In this document: piece after piece, positions 11,951 through 24,990 of the stretch | Layout: every line of letters begins with the position of its first letter | How positions within the stretch are numbered: position 1 is the stretch's first letter | NCBI RefSeq assembly: GCF_006345805.1 | Contig: NC_042998.1 | Coordinates: forward strand, 70,308,001-70,372,000 | DNA: 64,000 nucleotides | Direction of reading: 5' to 3' | Source: Octopus sinensis | Taxonomy: Eukaryota | Notes under the pieces: generated by a model | Databases searched by the model: none | Told to the model about the DNA's origin: nothing | Seen by the model: only the letters and a program-made list of their open reading frames with translations | Program-made: the position numbers and the translations under genes

Positions 11951-14194
11951 TATATTTTACACACACACACATCAACAATAGAGAGCAGCTGCCATATTTC
12001 ATTCCATAATGGCTACCTCTGAAGAGCACAGGGTTGCATAAATCAGATTGTTACCTAACACTCCATTGAATCTCTAGTGTGAAACCAATTGGTAATTTTG
12101 ACCGTAATGGATATATAATACTATACGCTTTGATTATTATTATAGTATATATATTGTTGCTATTATGTAAAAGTTTCATAAGTTCAAAACATTGCTTTTT
12201 TCAGAAAAGGAAAAAATAGTTTCACCATTCCATAGCAAAACCATTGTACTACACTTTCACAAGTCACTTTGATATGTCATGGTCAATGATAAATACTCTG
12301 TGATATACTAGGGTCTCTTTACTCCTCAGTTGTTGGATTCAGTGTAGTTTTGGTTTTGGGTTTTGTCTCAGATATTCTTTAAGTCTCATTAATAAATTTT
12401 TTATTAGAATGTATGAACCTCTCATCATCTCAGTTACAACTCTGTAACTAACCACAAGAAGTTTTCATGCCTGATTATGCAAACCTTATGGTTAGAAAGG
12501 CATGAATTTCACAGATTCACACTTTAACTTATATGTGTAAGAAATGAATTTTTAAAATCATCTTTTCAATTTTAGAAAATAAATGTTTGTACATTTATTT
12601 TTTCTGCTGTTTACGTGTGTAAAATAATAACGTTTTTGTTCGGTTTTAAAATTAGGATTGGTGTAATATTATGTATGAAAGACCATTAGTGTAATTTTAT
12701 GTATGAAATACCATTAGTGTTATAATTTTTACAATAGAAGCCATGCCTGTTGTGACTTAATTAACTTAATTATGCTTCATATCGATTTTATTAGGTTTTC
12801 CATTGATTGACTTAATATGTTGTGAAATCACATTGGTGATGCCTCATTATGCAAAATATAACTAAGTAATAAATGAAAAGCACAAATAAAAAACGTGTAA
12901 CCATAACAACACAAATGGTTTTTCTTTTGTGATCTTTTGCTGGATAAAATTTTAAGTGTTACTTTAGACACGTAAATAGCAAAAATTTCAATATTTTCTC
13001 GCTCTCTATCTTATTGTTCTTTTCAAATATGGCCTCATATTCAACACTGTTTCTCAGCCTTGATAACTATTTTCAAATCAAATTTTATTTAGTTTAGCTC
13101 GGGTTTATTGTCATTTTGGATATGTTATGTTAGCATGAGAAAGACAGACTCGAAGAGTGTAGAGAAAGAGGTTGCGATTGGGCTATTTAAACCACTGATG
13201 AAGAGAGGCCGTGTAAATTTATTTGATCTTTTTTTTTTCCTTTGTGGGGGAGAGAAAATTACTGTGATGATGTATCTAGTGTAAATGTGGATGGATGAGA
13301 GATGCTAAGTGGAAAACTTCCATGTGGTGATGGTGGAAGATAAAGTGCATTTCTTGTGATGATGTGATGATTGAAGGGCTCTGTAATTGAGACCACAACA
13401 TAGGGGTGTTGGGATGAAGTTGCAATGGAATCTAATTATAACTGCGACACAGTATAGGGACCAGGGAGGAAGTGATTAGATGAAGGACTTTGTTTTTGCA
13501 ATTTTGGTGCAGGATTCAGACATTTAGGAAGATAGCCATTTTAATAGGAACTAATGGGTACAAGATGATAACAGCGACAACGATAATGTGATTATATCAT
13601 TATACCAGTGGGGTACATTGAATGTTGTGCCAGCAAAATAAAAACAGTTATAACAATTAATACATATCAGTTATTAAACATAGATTTAATTGACATTAAT
13701 TAATGCAATATGTTAGTGTGATTACAGTAATATAATTATTCAAACAAAGTAAACATCATACACACACCACTTCTTTTTCTATTGATATCTTTAAAATCTG
13801 CAACTATACACCCTACTGTGGTGCACAAGCTCACACATGCTGCTATTAAAACCCTGTTCCATTAAACACCTAAACACCCTAAATATTCCCCTCGTTGTAT
13901 AGTTAATGACATGTTTATTAGACAGCAGGGTATGTAATTGCTGAAAGGTAATTAACAAATTAGAATAATTACTGATGTCACACTCATATGTGATATCTTA
14001 CATTCTATGACTGTTGAAAGTCTACAGTTTGGAGAATTAAAATCCTAGTTGTTATTTAGTTCCAGGCTGAAATTGATTTAACAGGCCTGTCATCAAAGAT
14101 ATTCCAGTTATGACCATCCTGTCTTTTATACAGACATATGACTACATTGTTCATTGTATCTTCCATTTCATTGCATAGTTTGGTTTAAGGCAAC

Positions 14195-14385
14195 GAACTG
14201 ACAAAATGCTTTGTAGCATTTCTTCCTGCCTTACGTTCTAGGTTCATATTCCGTCAAGGTTGACTTTGTCTATAATCCTTTCATAGTTGTTAAAAGAAGT
14301 ACCAATGTAAAACAAGGGTCAGTGTAAACAATTTACCCCACCTCCCTTAAAATTCGCTGGACTTGTTCCAAAATTTGAAATCATT
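14195..14385 (+). mobile_element. Family-A SINE, decayed
   Basis: Motif match to 28944-29170. Confidence 0.75.
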
Positions 14386-14928
14386 ACATAAATTGGTTTG
14401 AATTGAGGGTTGTTTGACAGTTTGATCAAGCAGATTGAATGACTACATAGAGACTCCTTAGTTTACCCAAGCCCTCCCTCCTCCACCACTTCTTTTAGTT
14501 GTACACTACAAAGCAGTTGATTCAATACCAGCTGCTACTGAGACTACATTTCCTGATATCTTCAATGCTGTTCTCCCCTCTTCAATTAAGGAGTTTTGTC
14601 TTGCGAGTTAGTTGGCAACCTTACTTGTGCCAAGCCATGTAAAATGCACCCAGTACACTCTGTAAAGTGAATGGCATTTGGAAGGGCATCCGGCCATAGA
14701 AACCATGCTAAAGCAGCTAATGGAGCTTGGTTCTGTCCTTTGGCTCATAAGCTCCTGTTGAACCATCCAGCCCATGCCAACATTGAAAATGGACTTTAAA
14801 TAATAACGATGATTTATTAAACCCTCCACTGATTAATACAATCTCATGTGTACATTTTATCTCCCACCACTTTGCCAAACCAATATGTGTTTCTGAGTGC
14901 TTATAATCGTTGTTTTGTCTATCTGCAG

Positions 14929-15069
14929 GACCAGTCATGTACACGGAGTAGTCTTATGGCCTTAGCTGTTAAATACGCCGGGGAATTGAACACTCATGTT
15001 GAGGATGTCTTTGACCGACTCGACGAATTACGCTGGTGGAAAATTACCAAAGATTCTGATAGTTTATCG
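14929..15069 (+). CDS. Internal coding exon (141 nt, phase 0 to 0) of an unidentified protein: DQSCTRSSLMALAVKYAGELNTHVEDVFDRLDELRWWKITKDSDSLS
   Basis: Acceptor ttgttttgtctatctgcag|G and consensus donor TCG|gtaagt. Only one of the three plus frames is open; globular-type composition; CpGs retained relative to flanks. Confidence 0.7.
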
Positions 15070-15339
15070 GTAAGTAACTAAAAGCTATCTCTTCATGTTT
15101 TTCTTATATATATACATGTGTGTGAGTCTTATTGTTACTCTCTCTCTCTGTTATATATGTAAATATTTGTTACTCCCTCCCATCCTGTTATGTATCCATC
15201 TTTCTGGCTGAGTTCTATCTATCTGTCTGTCTATTTGTCTATGTTTCTATCTGTGTCTGATGTATATCTATCTCTTTTATCTTTTCTCTGTCTCTCTATC
15301 TATCCATCTATATTTCTATATTTTCATGTCTGTCTTTCA

Positions 15340-15545
15340 GTCTGTCTGATTGTCTGTCTAACTGTCTATCTGTGTATGTATGTCTGTGTCTCTATCTCTT
15401 TATCTTCTGTCTGTCTGTCTAACTGTCTATCTGTGTATGTATGTCTGTGTCTCTATCTCTTTATCTTCTGTCTGTCTGTCTAACTGTCTATCTGTGTATG
15501 TATGTCTGTGTCTCTATTTCTTTATCTTCTGTCTGTCTCTCTATC
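15340..15545. repeat. 61-bp tandem repeat x3 within TCTG/TCTA low-complexity sequence
   Basis: AACTGTCTATCTGTG starts at 15360, 15421 and 15482. Confidence 0.9.
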
Positions 15546-15883
15546 TGTATATCTATTTGTTTATATTTTTCCCCCTATATTTTCACATGTCTGTCTGTTT
15601 GTCTGTTTGTTTCAACCCCTTTCTTTGCCCCCTTCCCTCTGCCTTTTTATGTTTTTTTTTTCTCTAGAATTTTCTGAGAATTAAGCAATCTGTCCATTCA
15701 TGTGTTTATTTCTGGATTGAATGTTTTAGTTCATTTGGGATTTGTACATTTTTCTTGTGAAACTCACCACATAGATACATGTACATGCACACACATACGC
15801 ACACATGAACACATATGGGTCAAACATGACCTCAGTCAATAATTCAATAATGGACCAATATTATATTTCCTTTATCTTACACT

Positions 15884-15919
<36 letters not shown>

Positions 15920-15926
15920 CATAGAT

Positions 15927-15958
<32 letters not shown>

Positions 15959-17425
15959 ACATATATACATATGCACATTAAAATGTGGTTATAACTGTAA
16001 CATAGCATAAAAACACAAGTTACAGCAAACAAACGATCAAATTGTGCTTTCTTCTCTTGCTGATGGTTCATGTAATATGTGTGTTCTTTCTATTTGATCC
16101 TGTGATACAGTGTGCCATTGCTCAGTACATATATCCTTGTCTCTTTCTTTTTGTAATGCAAAGTTATCAGATTAGGCTAGAAGTTGCCAATTATGCCACT
16201 TTGCAGAATTATGTGTTACTAATTTGTTTTTTTAATATTTTGGGCTACTTGCTCCTATTCTAGAATTTTAATATATAAAAATAAGTATTATATCAGATAT
16301 GTTAAATTATCAACTAAGTTTTCTAGAATTGACCTAGAGGCAATCCATACCCTGTGTACGAATCTTATATGAATCCCATCTTGTATGTAAATGTGTGTGT
16401 GTGTGTGTGTATGTATAAAAATATGTATGTCTGTATGTATATTTATGTGTGTATCTATGTGAAAGTGTGCATTCTCTGAAAAATTGGTGACATTTTTTGC
16501 CATTTCCTTCTCAGCAAATTGTCCAGTAGCTCTGTGCTTTTGAATATTGGTGGAATGAAATCTCTGTTACTTGAAAAACAAGTAAAGGTTGGCGACAGGG
16601 AAGGCATCTGGTTGGGAGACAGACATAAATGAATGAATGAATATATTGATTTTTCTTGAAAAATTTCCATTTTGGATTACTTTCTAAAACAAATCATTGT
16701 CTGTCTGTCCGTCTGTCTCTCTCTCCCTCACTTTCTCTCTCTCTCTCTCTCTGCATCTCCAGGTCAGTATATGATGTGCTATTAACCAGGTATGGCTTTA
16801 TGGTTTAGAAGTTTGTTTTGCAACCACATTGGTCTCCCATAGCCTCAAGATGGCTGAAACTATGTAAAGGGGTGGCATATTATACATGCAAACATACCTA
16901 CGTACATCCATCTATGCATATATGTTCACACAAACATAAATGTATATGTTTGTGTACACATATGTATATCTTTCGTTGATGCAAATCTTTGAAAGATGTA
17001 CACATAAGTTAAATACTGAAAAAAAAAAAAAAAAATCCTGACAAATCAGTGCACTTGGGCAAAAATACCTTGTGGTATTGAGTTTTCCAGTTATACAAAC
17101 ACCCTTTTGTTACTCTCACCACTGTAAATATAATGGACCAGTTGGAAATCTATAACTACTGATGAACTTTTTGTTTCAACAATACATTATATAAAATTAC
17201 TCTCACACACTCTCTCTCTCCTTTCTCTCTTCTCTCCTTCTTTCTCTCTTCTCTCTAGTTACATCTTTCACACTCAGCTTCCAGTCACACCTCACACTCG
17301 CTCCTGCTCTTTTCTCTCACACTTTTATATTTTGTTTTTATAGTTTCTAAACACACACTCACTCATACATACCATAATCATCATCATTTAATGTCTAGCT
17401 TCCATGCTGGCAATAATTGGATAGG

Positions 17426-17656
17426 TTAACCTTTTCATTACCATATTTATTTTGCGACGCTCTAGGTTTCTTTCAATTAACTCTAAATATAACACAGAAT
17501 TTGGTAAAATAACTTAGTTTAAAATTAAGCTAGTGTTAGGAACATAAATTGTGACTAAGGTTTGGTTGAAGATTTTAATTCAAAACTTATGAAAGCAAGA
17601 CATTTGTACTACAGAGCCAGAGCCAGTTTCAGCCAGTTTGGTACTGAAAGGGTTAA
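17426..17656. mobile_element. piggyBac-like MITE family 1 (TTAA target, CCCTTT-type ends)
   Basis: TTAACCTTTT...AAAGGGTTAA; reverse-complement copy at 62850-63078. Confidence 0.8.
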
Positions 17657-17870
17657 GGTGGCGAGCTGGCTGAATCTTCACTGTGCTGGACAGAATGTTT
17701 AGCGATATTTCTTCCAACTTTACATTCTGAGTTCGAATACTGTTAGGGTTCATTTGCCTTTCATTCTTTTAGGATTGATAAAGTAAGTACCAGTTGAGCA
17801 CTGGGGTCGATGTATTCGACTTACCCCTCCCCTCAAATTTCTGGCCTTGTGCGATAATTTGAAACCAATA
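17657..17870 (+). mobile_element. Family-A SINE
   Basis: Motif match to 28944-29170. Confidence 0.8.
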
Positions 17871-18439
17871 ATTGGACGGTTTGATAGGTGTCTGATAAGT
17901 TAGAGGACTTCATTATGCACAAATGTCTTCTTTGGCATGATTTCTGTGGCTGGATACCTTTCCTAATGCCAACCATTTTACTGAGTATGCAGGGTGCTAT
18001 TTTCATGGCACCGGTAGTAGTTATGATCACCTCATACCTTGCAAGGCTAATAATGTAGAAGATGATAACATAAAATAAAAATACATCCAGAGAGAAAATT
18101 GTATTTTGATACACTGACAAAATACTGGATATATTGTCATTTGATAGATAACTGAAAGGAGGAATTGATAGTGACCTAAACATTTGGAATCTTTATATTG
18201 TACATGCATGCACACAAATGTAGTTAGTCAGCATTCTGAGCACCAGTAAAATAAATTCCTTGCAATGCTCAGAAGGCCATATAAAAGAAGCTGATAGCTT
18301 CTAAATAATCAGCTTCATCTTTAAACTAAGCAAAACATTACATTCCAGAAATGTCTTTTTAATATTAGATAATTTCAAAATTGATTTTATTTTCTAATTA
18401 TGTAAGAAATTTGCTTTATAATTTAGTTTTTAAACAACA

Positions 18440-18960
18440 TGTGATGGTTGAAAGGAGATGTGTCAGTGTTGTATACCATAGATAGGACGTGTATCATAGT
18501 GTATATAGTATGCATAAAATAATTAAGATATATATTACAACGTGTATAATGTAAATAGGATTATCATAGTGTGTCTAACACAGACAGAACACATGTTATA
18601 TAGTATATAAAATAGCTAGGGCATGTTACAGTGTGTTACATGTATCATAGTGTGTACAACATGGATAGAACATGTGTCATGCAGTGCATGAAATAGAGAG
18701 GAAAGTGTGTATAACATAGAACACGGATAGAACATGTGTCATGCAGTGCATGAAATAGAGAGGAAAGTGTGTATAAAATAGTTAGGATATGTATCAGTGA
18801 GTATAAAACAGATGATACATATTTCGAAGTGCGTATATCCTAGACAGGACCTGTATCATAGTGTATAACTTAGGTAAGATATGTCACTGTGTGTGTCTAA
18901 TGTAGATGGGACATGTAGTGGGCATAACATAAACAAATGCTACATCATTATATGTGCAAT
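18440..18960. repeat. Degenerate about 30-bp minisatellite with an internal 62-bp-period exact duplication
   Basis: ATGTATCATAGTGTGTATAACATAGATAGG-like units; GGATAGAACATGTGTCATGCAGTGCATGAAATAGAGAGGAAAGTGTGTATAA occurs twice. Confidence 0.7.
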
Positions 18961-18964
18961 AGTT

Positions 18965-19180
18965 AGTGTGGTGAGCTGACAGAACTGTTAGCATGCTGGG
19001 AAAAATGCTTAGTGGCATTTCATTTGTCTTTACATTCTGAGTTCAAATTCTACTGAGGTCGACTTTACCTTTCATTCTTTTGAGGTCAATAAAATAAATA
19101 CCATTTGAATACTGGGGTCGATGTAATCAACTTAACCCTTCCCCTGAAATTACTGGCTTTGTGCCAGAATTTGAAACCAT
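18965..19180 (+). mobile_element. Family-A SINE
   Basis: Motif match to 28944-29170. Confidence 0.85.
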
Positions 19181-19227
19181 TTTTTGTACAGGCTGTGTCC
19201 TAGCATGAACACAGGTAATTTGTAAGG

Positions 19228-19500
19228 TAGGTGAATGATACTTGATAACATACACTATATAAGTGAATGGTATTTGATAACATACACTCGTATACTTGAA
19301 TGGTATGTTATGCCATACATTAGTATAGGTGAATGGTCTGTTGTGCCATACACTTGTATAGGTGAATGGTGTGATAAGCCATACACTAGTATAGGTGAAT
19401 GGTATACACATATATCATGTATGGGTGAGTGGTATGTTGCAACAGTAATATAAGTGAATGGTGTATTATGTTATACACAAGTCTAAATCAATGATATGTT
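19228..19500. repeat. 33-bp minisatellite (TAGGTGAATGGTATGTTATGCCATACACTAGTA-like)
   Basis: About eight units; 11-aa period in the ORF track (PFTYTSVW...). Confidence 0.85.
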
Positions 19501-19994
19501 ATACTTCAATCAGTAGAATATATACTATGCTTTAATGTTAGAGGTGTCTGTAAATTTCTTACATCTGTAGCTGTATCACTAGTGTTGTTGTTTAATCCTT
19601 CATCAGTCTTAGTGTCAAGTACTATGACCGAAGGGATTCCAGCTCCAACCATTCTGTTTCGTTTGTATACCAGAACCTATATTGTCTAATGTAACCTTCC
19701 TTTTTTTTTTTATTTATTTTTTTTTTTGGAGATGGTAGGATATGATTTAAGGGAGATCTGGTTGCTATGTCTAGCTGCTGCAGTTGTTATTGCTTTTGTT
19801 ATTGTTGTTGTAGTTGTCATTGTTGCTGTGGTTGTTATTGTTGTTATTTTCACTGTTGCTGGCTACAGCTGCAGTTGTTGTGAGCAAAATCATACATTTC
19901 TAAAGCTTTGTCCATTATGCACTAGCTCCTCTCTCTTTCTCTCTCTCTCTCTCTCTCCACACACATGCACACACACACACACACACCACACACA

Positions 19995-20042
<48 letters not shown>

Positions 20043-20329
20043 ATTCACACTCACACATCTCCGTTTATCTGTATAATTTCCTGCTGACAGGTGACACAGG
20101 AAATTGTCAGCACACGGTAGTCCTTCCAACTGGTCTGCATCTCATTTTCTGCCCTGCACAAACTCCATATCACCATGGCAACAAAATATTTTGATTTTTT
20201 AAATATCTGGAATGTTGTTATTGTTGTTGTTTAGCCATGATTAAACAGACATGTGATCAATGACATTCCACCCATCTCTTTTCAGATTACACTATCCAAT
20301 GTGTTCTTCCACATTTTCATAGGCATTCT

Positions 20330-20660
20330 CTCAAATGCTCTGAAGGCTCTTTAGAGGTAGTGGATAATTTCTGCTACCTAGGGGACCTAATTAGCTCTGG
20401 CAGAGGATGCGCATAAAGTGTAATTGTTAGAATAAGAATAGGATGGAGAAAATTCAGAGAGCTTTTACCTCTGTTGGCAACCAAAGGTCTCGCTCTCCAA
20501 GTGAAAGGAAGATTGTATGATGCTTGTATACAAACAGCAATGCTACATGGTAGTGAGACATGGGCCCTGAATGTAGAAAACATGTGAAAGCTAGAGAGGA
20601 TGGAAGCTGCTAAGCTCTGCTGGATCTACAATACCAGTGTTCATGTGTGACAGTGTTAGT
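20330..20660 (+). mobile_element. Decayed RTE LINE C-terminal fragment
   Basis: KFRELLPLLATKGLALQVKGRLYDACIQTAMLHGSETWALN. Confidence 0.8.
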
Positions 20661-21079
20661 GTTTGACTTAAGCCTTATGAGTGACTTTGGGTAGATGGAA
20701 ACTGTTTTGGAACCTGTTGGATGGGTGGTTGGATGGTTCTTATAATTCAAAGCTCCAGCCTTTATATTAATTCAGGATAGAAGTGTCTGTGGAATTCTTA
20801 GCTATTTATGCTATAATACAAGATGTACTGAGCCTATAATTCAAAGATCAAACTTCACCATTTATTGTGTCATTTTGGTCCAGCCTGATGATTACATTAA
20901 GGCTGTGTGGTTTTAAGAAACTCACTTTGCTACCATATGGTTTTGTATTCAATCCCACTGTGCAGTACCTTGGGCTGGTGTCTTCTATTGTAGCCCCATG
21001 CTGATCCATGCCTCATAAGTGAATTTGATGGAACTGTGTGGAAGATCATCATTATCATCATCATTATCATCATTGTCGA

Positions 21080-21560
21080 CATTTAATGCCTGCTTTTGGT
21101 AGGATTGTTTGACAAAGAGCCAGCAAGCTGCAGGGCTGCATCAAGCTCCAGCATCATCATCTTTGGCATGGTTTCTATGGCTGGATGCCCTTCCTAATGC
21201 CAACCACTTTAAAAAGTGTGCCAGATGCTTTTTTCATGCCAATGACCCTAGTGAGGCTGCTATGTGGCTTGCAAGACAGAGAAAAAAAAAAAAAAACAAA
21301 AGTATAATCTTTAACCATTATGAGGAAATATTTGAGAAAGGAAGGTGGATGGGGCAGTGGCTGTATGCCAGGTGTTGAAAGGCTAAAGTATGATAGAGGG
21401 ACAAGCGCAGGTGTCTTGCTACAGAGGAGATACATGGCTGGAGGAGATAAGAGGAAGATAGTGATGGTGTGCTAGAGCAAACTCTCAAGGAACAAGGTGA
21501 ATATAAGAGAGGACGTAAGCAATGGGTCATGGGATGGAATGAGAGAATGAGTGCTTTCAT
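21080..21560 (-). repeat. RTE-3'UTR-like interspersed repeat (related copies at about 14610-14800, 17870-18020, 37650-38100, 42820-43110, 62500-62700)
   Basis: Shared GGAAGGGCATCCAGCC(A/G)TAGAAA core and (GAT)n tail. Confidence 0.75.
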
Positions 21561-22609
21561 AAGAGTGTGAGGTGTGTGTGTGTGTGTGTGTGTGTTTAAC
21601 CTTATTCTCCTACCAGTTGAAGACCAGTGCTGGTCTGTTTATGTTCTCATAATTTAACGGTTCTACAAAAGAGACCATGAGAATAAGTAGTAGACTTGGA
21701 AATAAGCCTTAGGGTTGACGTGTTTGATTAAACCCTTCAAGGCCGCACCCCAACATGGCTGCAGTCTAATGACTGAAATAAGTTGTAGAAAAGATAAAAG
21801 ATACAAGGTGTTTAAATACATTACAATAAAAGGGAATATCAGTAACTCAAATATCAAGTCTTGTTACACACTGTGTCACGCACTGTGTCACACACTATGC
21901 CATACACTGTCACACATTGTGTCATACTCTATGTCACACTGACTCTAACATTTTTACTCTAATACTACAAGTATGTAGTTCAGTTGATGAATAAAATGGA
22001 ATATTCATTGTTGAAATCAAAAGAGTATCTATTCAATGTTGTTGTTGTTTGTTGTTACTGTGGTTGTTGCTGCTGCAAATGTTGTTGTTATTGCTGGTAT
22101 TGTATTTTCCAATGGGTTACTGTTGTTAATAATTAGTTAACAAACAAGAAAATCAGTTTCCATATTGTCTGATGAGCTCAGCCCTTTTCGGAAACATTGG
22201 TTAAAAATATGTAATGTGTGTATATGTGTGAGTGAGTGTTTATTTGTATATCTGGGTTTGTGTGACTGAGTGTGCATTTATATGCATGTGTTTACAACTG
22301 TGTGTATGTGTGCATGTATGGGTTTGCATATGTTTATTGTATGTGCATGTGTATACACATGCATATTTATATGTTTGTGTGTTTGTGTATATGCATGTGT
22401 GTGTATGTGTGTGTGTGAGACCAGTCTACCAGAGACAACTTCCTAATCAATAATACTCCAATTGCTATCAGTGCTGCTGCCACCATCACAGCTACGGTTT
22501 TTGTTGTGTCAGAACACTTTACAGAGACAATGGTGATGCCAAGCCTCAATGCTTCTCTCTTCACCAACTGACACAGTTCTTTCTCTTAGTATCCCTTCCT
22601 CCACCCACC

Positions 22610-22850
22610 TTTCATCCCATCCACCCTGACGTTCTGAAGAAAATGGTACAAATTGCCAACTCCCCACTTCTCCCTGGTGCCAGCCTCATCCCTATTAAAT
22701 AATCATCCCCAACACATCACTCAACCTGATAGAAATAACAGCCATATTTCCCAGTTACCAACAAATCATCCCTGCTATTTTAAAAATGGAAATACATCTT
22801 TGAGAAGTGAAGTCCAAGGTAGAAAATTTAGAAGAAAGATGGAATGATGA
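22610..22850 (+). mobile_element. Possible very old CR1-group RT N-terminal fragment
   Basis: HPDVLKKMVQIANSP...IIPAILKNGN-like pieces resembling HPRVLKE..IA.PL...ITPIFKKG; frameshifted. Confidence 0.25.
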
Positions 22851-22936
22851 TGATTGGAATAGCCTGATTATAGGTCTGTTCAGTCACTGCTGACCTGGGG
22901 TTAAATGCCACCACTACCCCTGCTGTCAAACACCAC

Positions 22937-22967
<31 letters not shown>

Positions 22968-23234
22968 TTAGTACCGCTACAATTACCAACTTTATCATGA
23001 CAAATATCACCACAACCACCTCAGTCATCATTATCAATATCACTTACAACCACCACCGCCACAATCACCACCACCACCATCACTACCAGTACCACTTACA
23101 ATAACCACCACAACCACAATCATCGCTATCAATGCCACTTACAACCACCACCGCCATCATCACCACCAATACCACTTAGAAAACAGTAGCCACATCAATT
23201 TTACTAGATTGGGATGACTTCTCTTTCTCTCACT

Positions 23235-23478
23235 AAATAACAGCAACAATAATAACAAAAATAATAATGGTTTCAAATGTTGGCACAAGGCCAGTAATTT
23301 TAGCAGTGGGGTTAAGTTGATTACATTGATCCCAGTGTTCAACCAGTACTTATTTTATTGACCCCCACCCCACCAAAAGGATGAAAGGCAAAATTGACCT
23401 TGGCAGAATTTGAGCTTAGAACATAAAGATGAATGAAACACTGCTAAGCATTTAATGATTCTGCCAGCTCACAGCCTT
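23235..23478 (-). mobile_element. Family-A SINE
   Basis: Reverse-complement motif match. Confidence 0.8.
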
Positions 23479-23862
23479 AAATGAGCTGACTCTTACAGTT
23501 CACCTATAAACTGGAGAATAACAGCTAGGAGTGGACATTTACTTATCTTTAGTAGTCAGGATAAATGTGGATGTGTGGGGTTCTTTGATTGGCTCTGTGT
23601 GGTGGTCCTTCTTTTAGAATATTCTAATATATAACATTTGTTTTTTGTTCTTCCTTTTTTCAAAGATTCAATTTCATTATAACCCACACACTTTTTGTAA
23701 CCTGTCCTTATAAAGTTCCTCTCATCTTGTTTTTGTGATAATAAAAGAAAAGATTATTATTGTTATTATTATTTGGGTCAATAACGTTGATTAGCTCCCT
23801 CTTTCAAAATTGCTGGCCTTGTGCCTGAAATAGAAGCAATTATTATTATTATTATTATTATT

Positions 23863-24290
23863 GAGTGAGAGAGCAGTGCATGCCATCACAGTGACATTGT
23901 GGTAAAATATATGAAACCCAGTATACCCATCATGACTACTTATCTGATAAGGGTACACCAGGCATATGCATCACAACCATTTGTGTGTGACATGGTGATC
24001 TCATATCAAGATAAACAGCGCATGACTTTGCAGGTGGGGCCCAGTTAGAATTTTCTTCAGGTCGAGTATCCCATCCCACTCTGTTTGTAATTAGAGATGC
24101 ACATATAATCAGCCACTAAGGGACATGCTCAACTGGTTAAGGTTAAACAACCGACAAGCAAATCTGTAGTACTGAGCAGAATATTTACCGTATTTATACC
24201 AAGACAAAACAATGTACATGATAACACTTCCACTCAGTTAAGATCAGAAGCCATGAGAGCCACTGCCTGGTACTGCATCAGGGCATTTAT
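23863..24290 (+). repeat. Unclassified interspersed repeat flanked by (ATT)n; short second copy at about 24776
   Basis: GAGTGAGAGAGCAGTGCATGCCATC start recurs at 24776. I recall this as an abundant Octopus repeat. Confidence 0.6.
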
Positions 24291-24299
24291 TATTATTAT

Positions 24300-24990
24300 T
24301 ATTTTGAGGATTGTTAGGATGCTTGACAAAATGCTAAATGGTATTTCTTTTGGCATTACATTCTTAGTTTAAATTCTGCTGAGGTTAACTTCACCTTTTG
24401 TACTTTCGGGATTGATAAATTAAGTACCAGTTGGTCCCTAAGGTCAGTGTCATCAATCAGCCCCCTCTTCCAAATTTTCAGGCCTTGTGCATATAGTAGA
24501 ATCAATTGTTGCATTCTAAATTCAAATTCTGCTGAGGTCAACAGCTAAAGTAACATGCTGGCAGAATCGTTAGCATACTGGGCAAAATGCTTAGTGGCAT
24601 TTCATCTGTCCTTTTGTTCTGAGTTCAAATTCCGTTTAGGTTGACTTTGCCTTTCATCCTTTCAGGGTCAAAAAATTAAGTACCAGTGAAACACTGGGGT
24701 TGGTGGAATCGACTAGTCTCCTCCCACCAAATTTCAGGCTTTGTATCTTTAGTACAAAGGATTATTATCATTATTGAGTGAGAGAGCAGTACATGCCATC
24801 AAAATGACACTTAAGGGAATTGTTAGAGTAATGGTTTGCAGTATTTATTCAGCCTGCATTCTGAGTTCAAATCCTAGTGATTTCAGTCCTCCCAGGGTTG
24901 GTAAAATAAAGTACCAGTCAAGCACTAGGGTCAATGTAGCTGGCTAACCCTTTCCTCTCAAAACTGTTCGTCTCAAGCCTATATTAGAAA
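24300..24990 (+). mobile_element. Family-A SINE cluster (three or four copies, some partial)
   Basis: Repeated ctgagttcaaattc...aagtaccag...ctggggt motifs. Confidence 0.8.

Noticed and set aside
16763-16789. 27-nt microexon-like segment between ctccag and gtatgg
   Set aside because: Phase 0, which is needed after 15069, contains TGA; no other support.
20091-20116. 26-nt phase 0 to 2 segment (VTQEIVST) that would bridge 15069 to 37205
   Set aside because: The donor (gtagtc) is poor and the segment is part of a small hairpin; the phase fit alone is a one-in-three coincidence.
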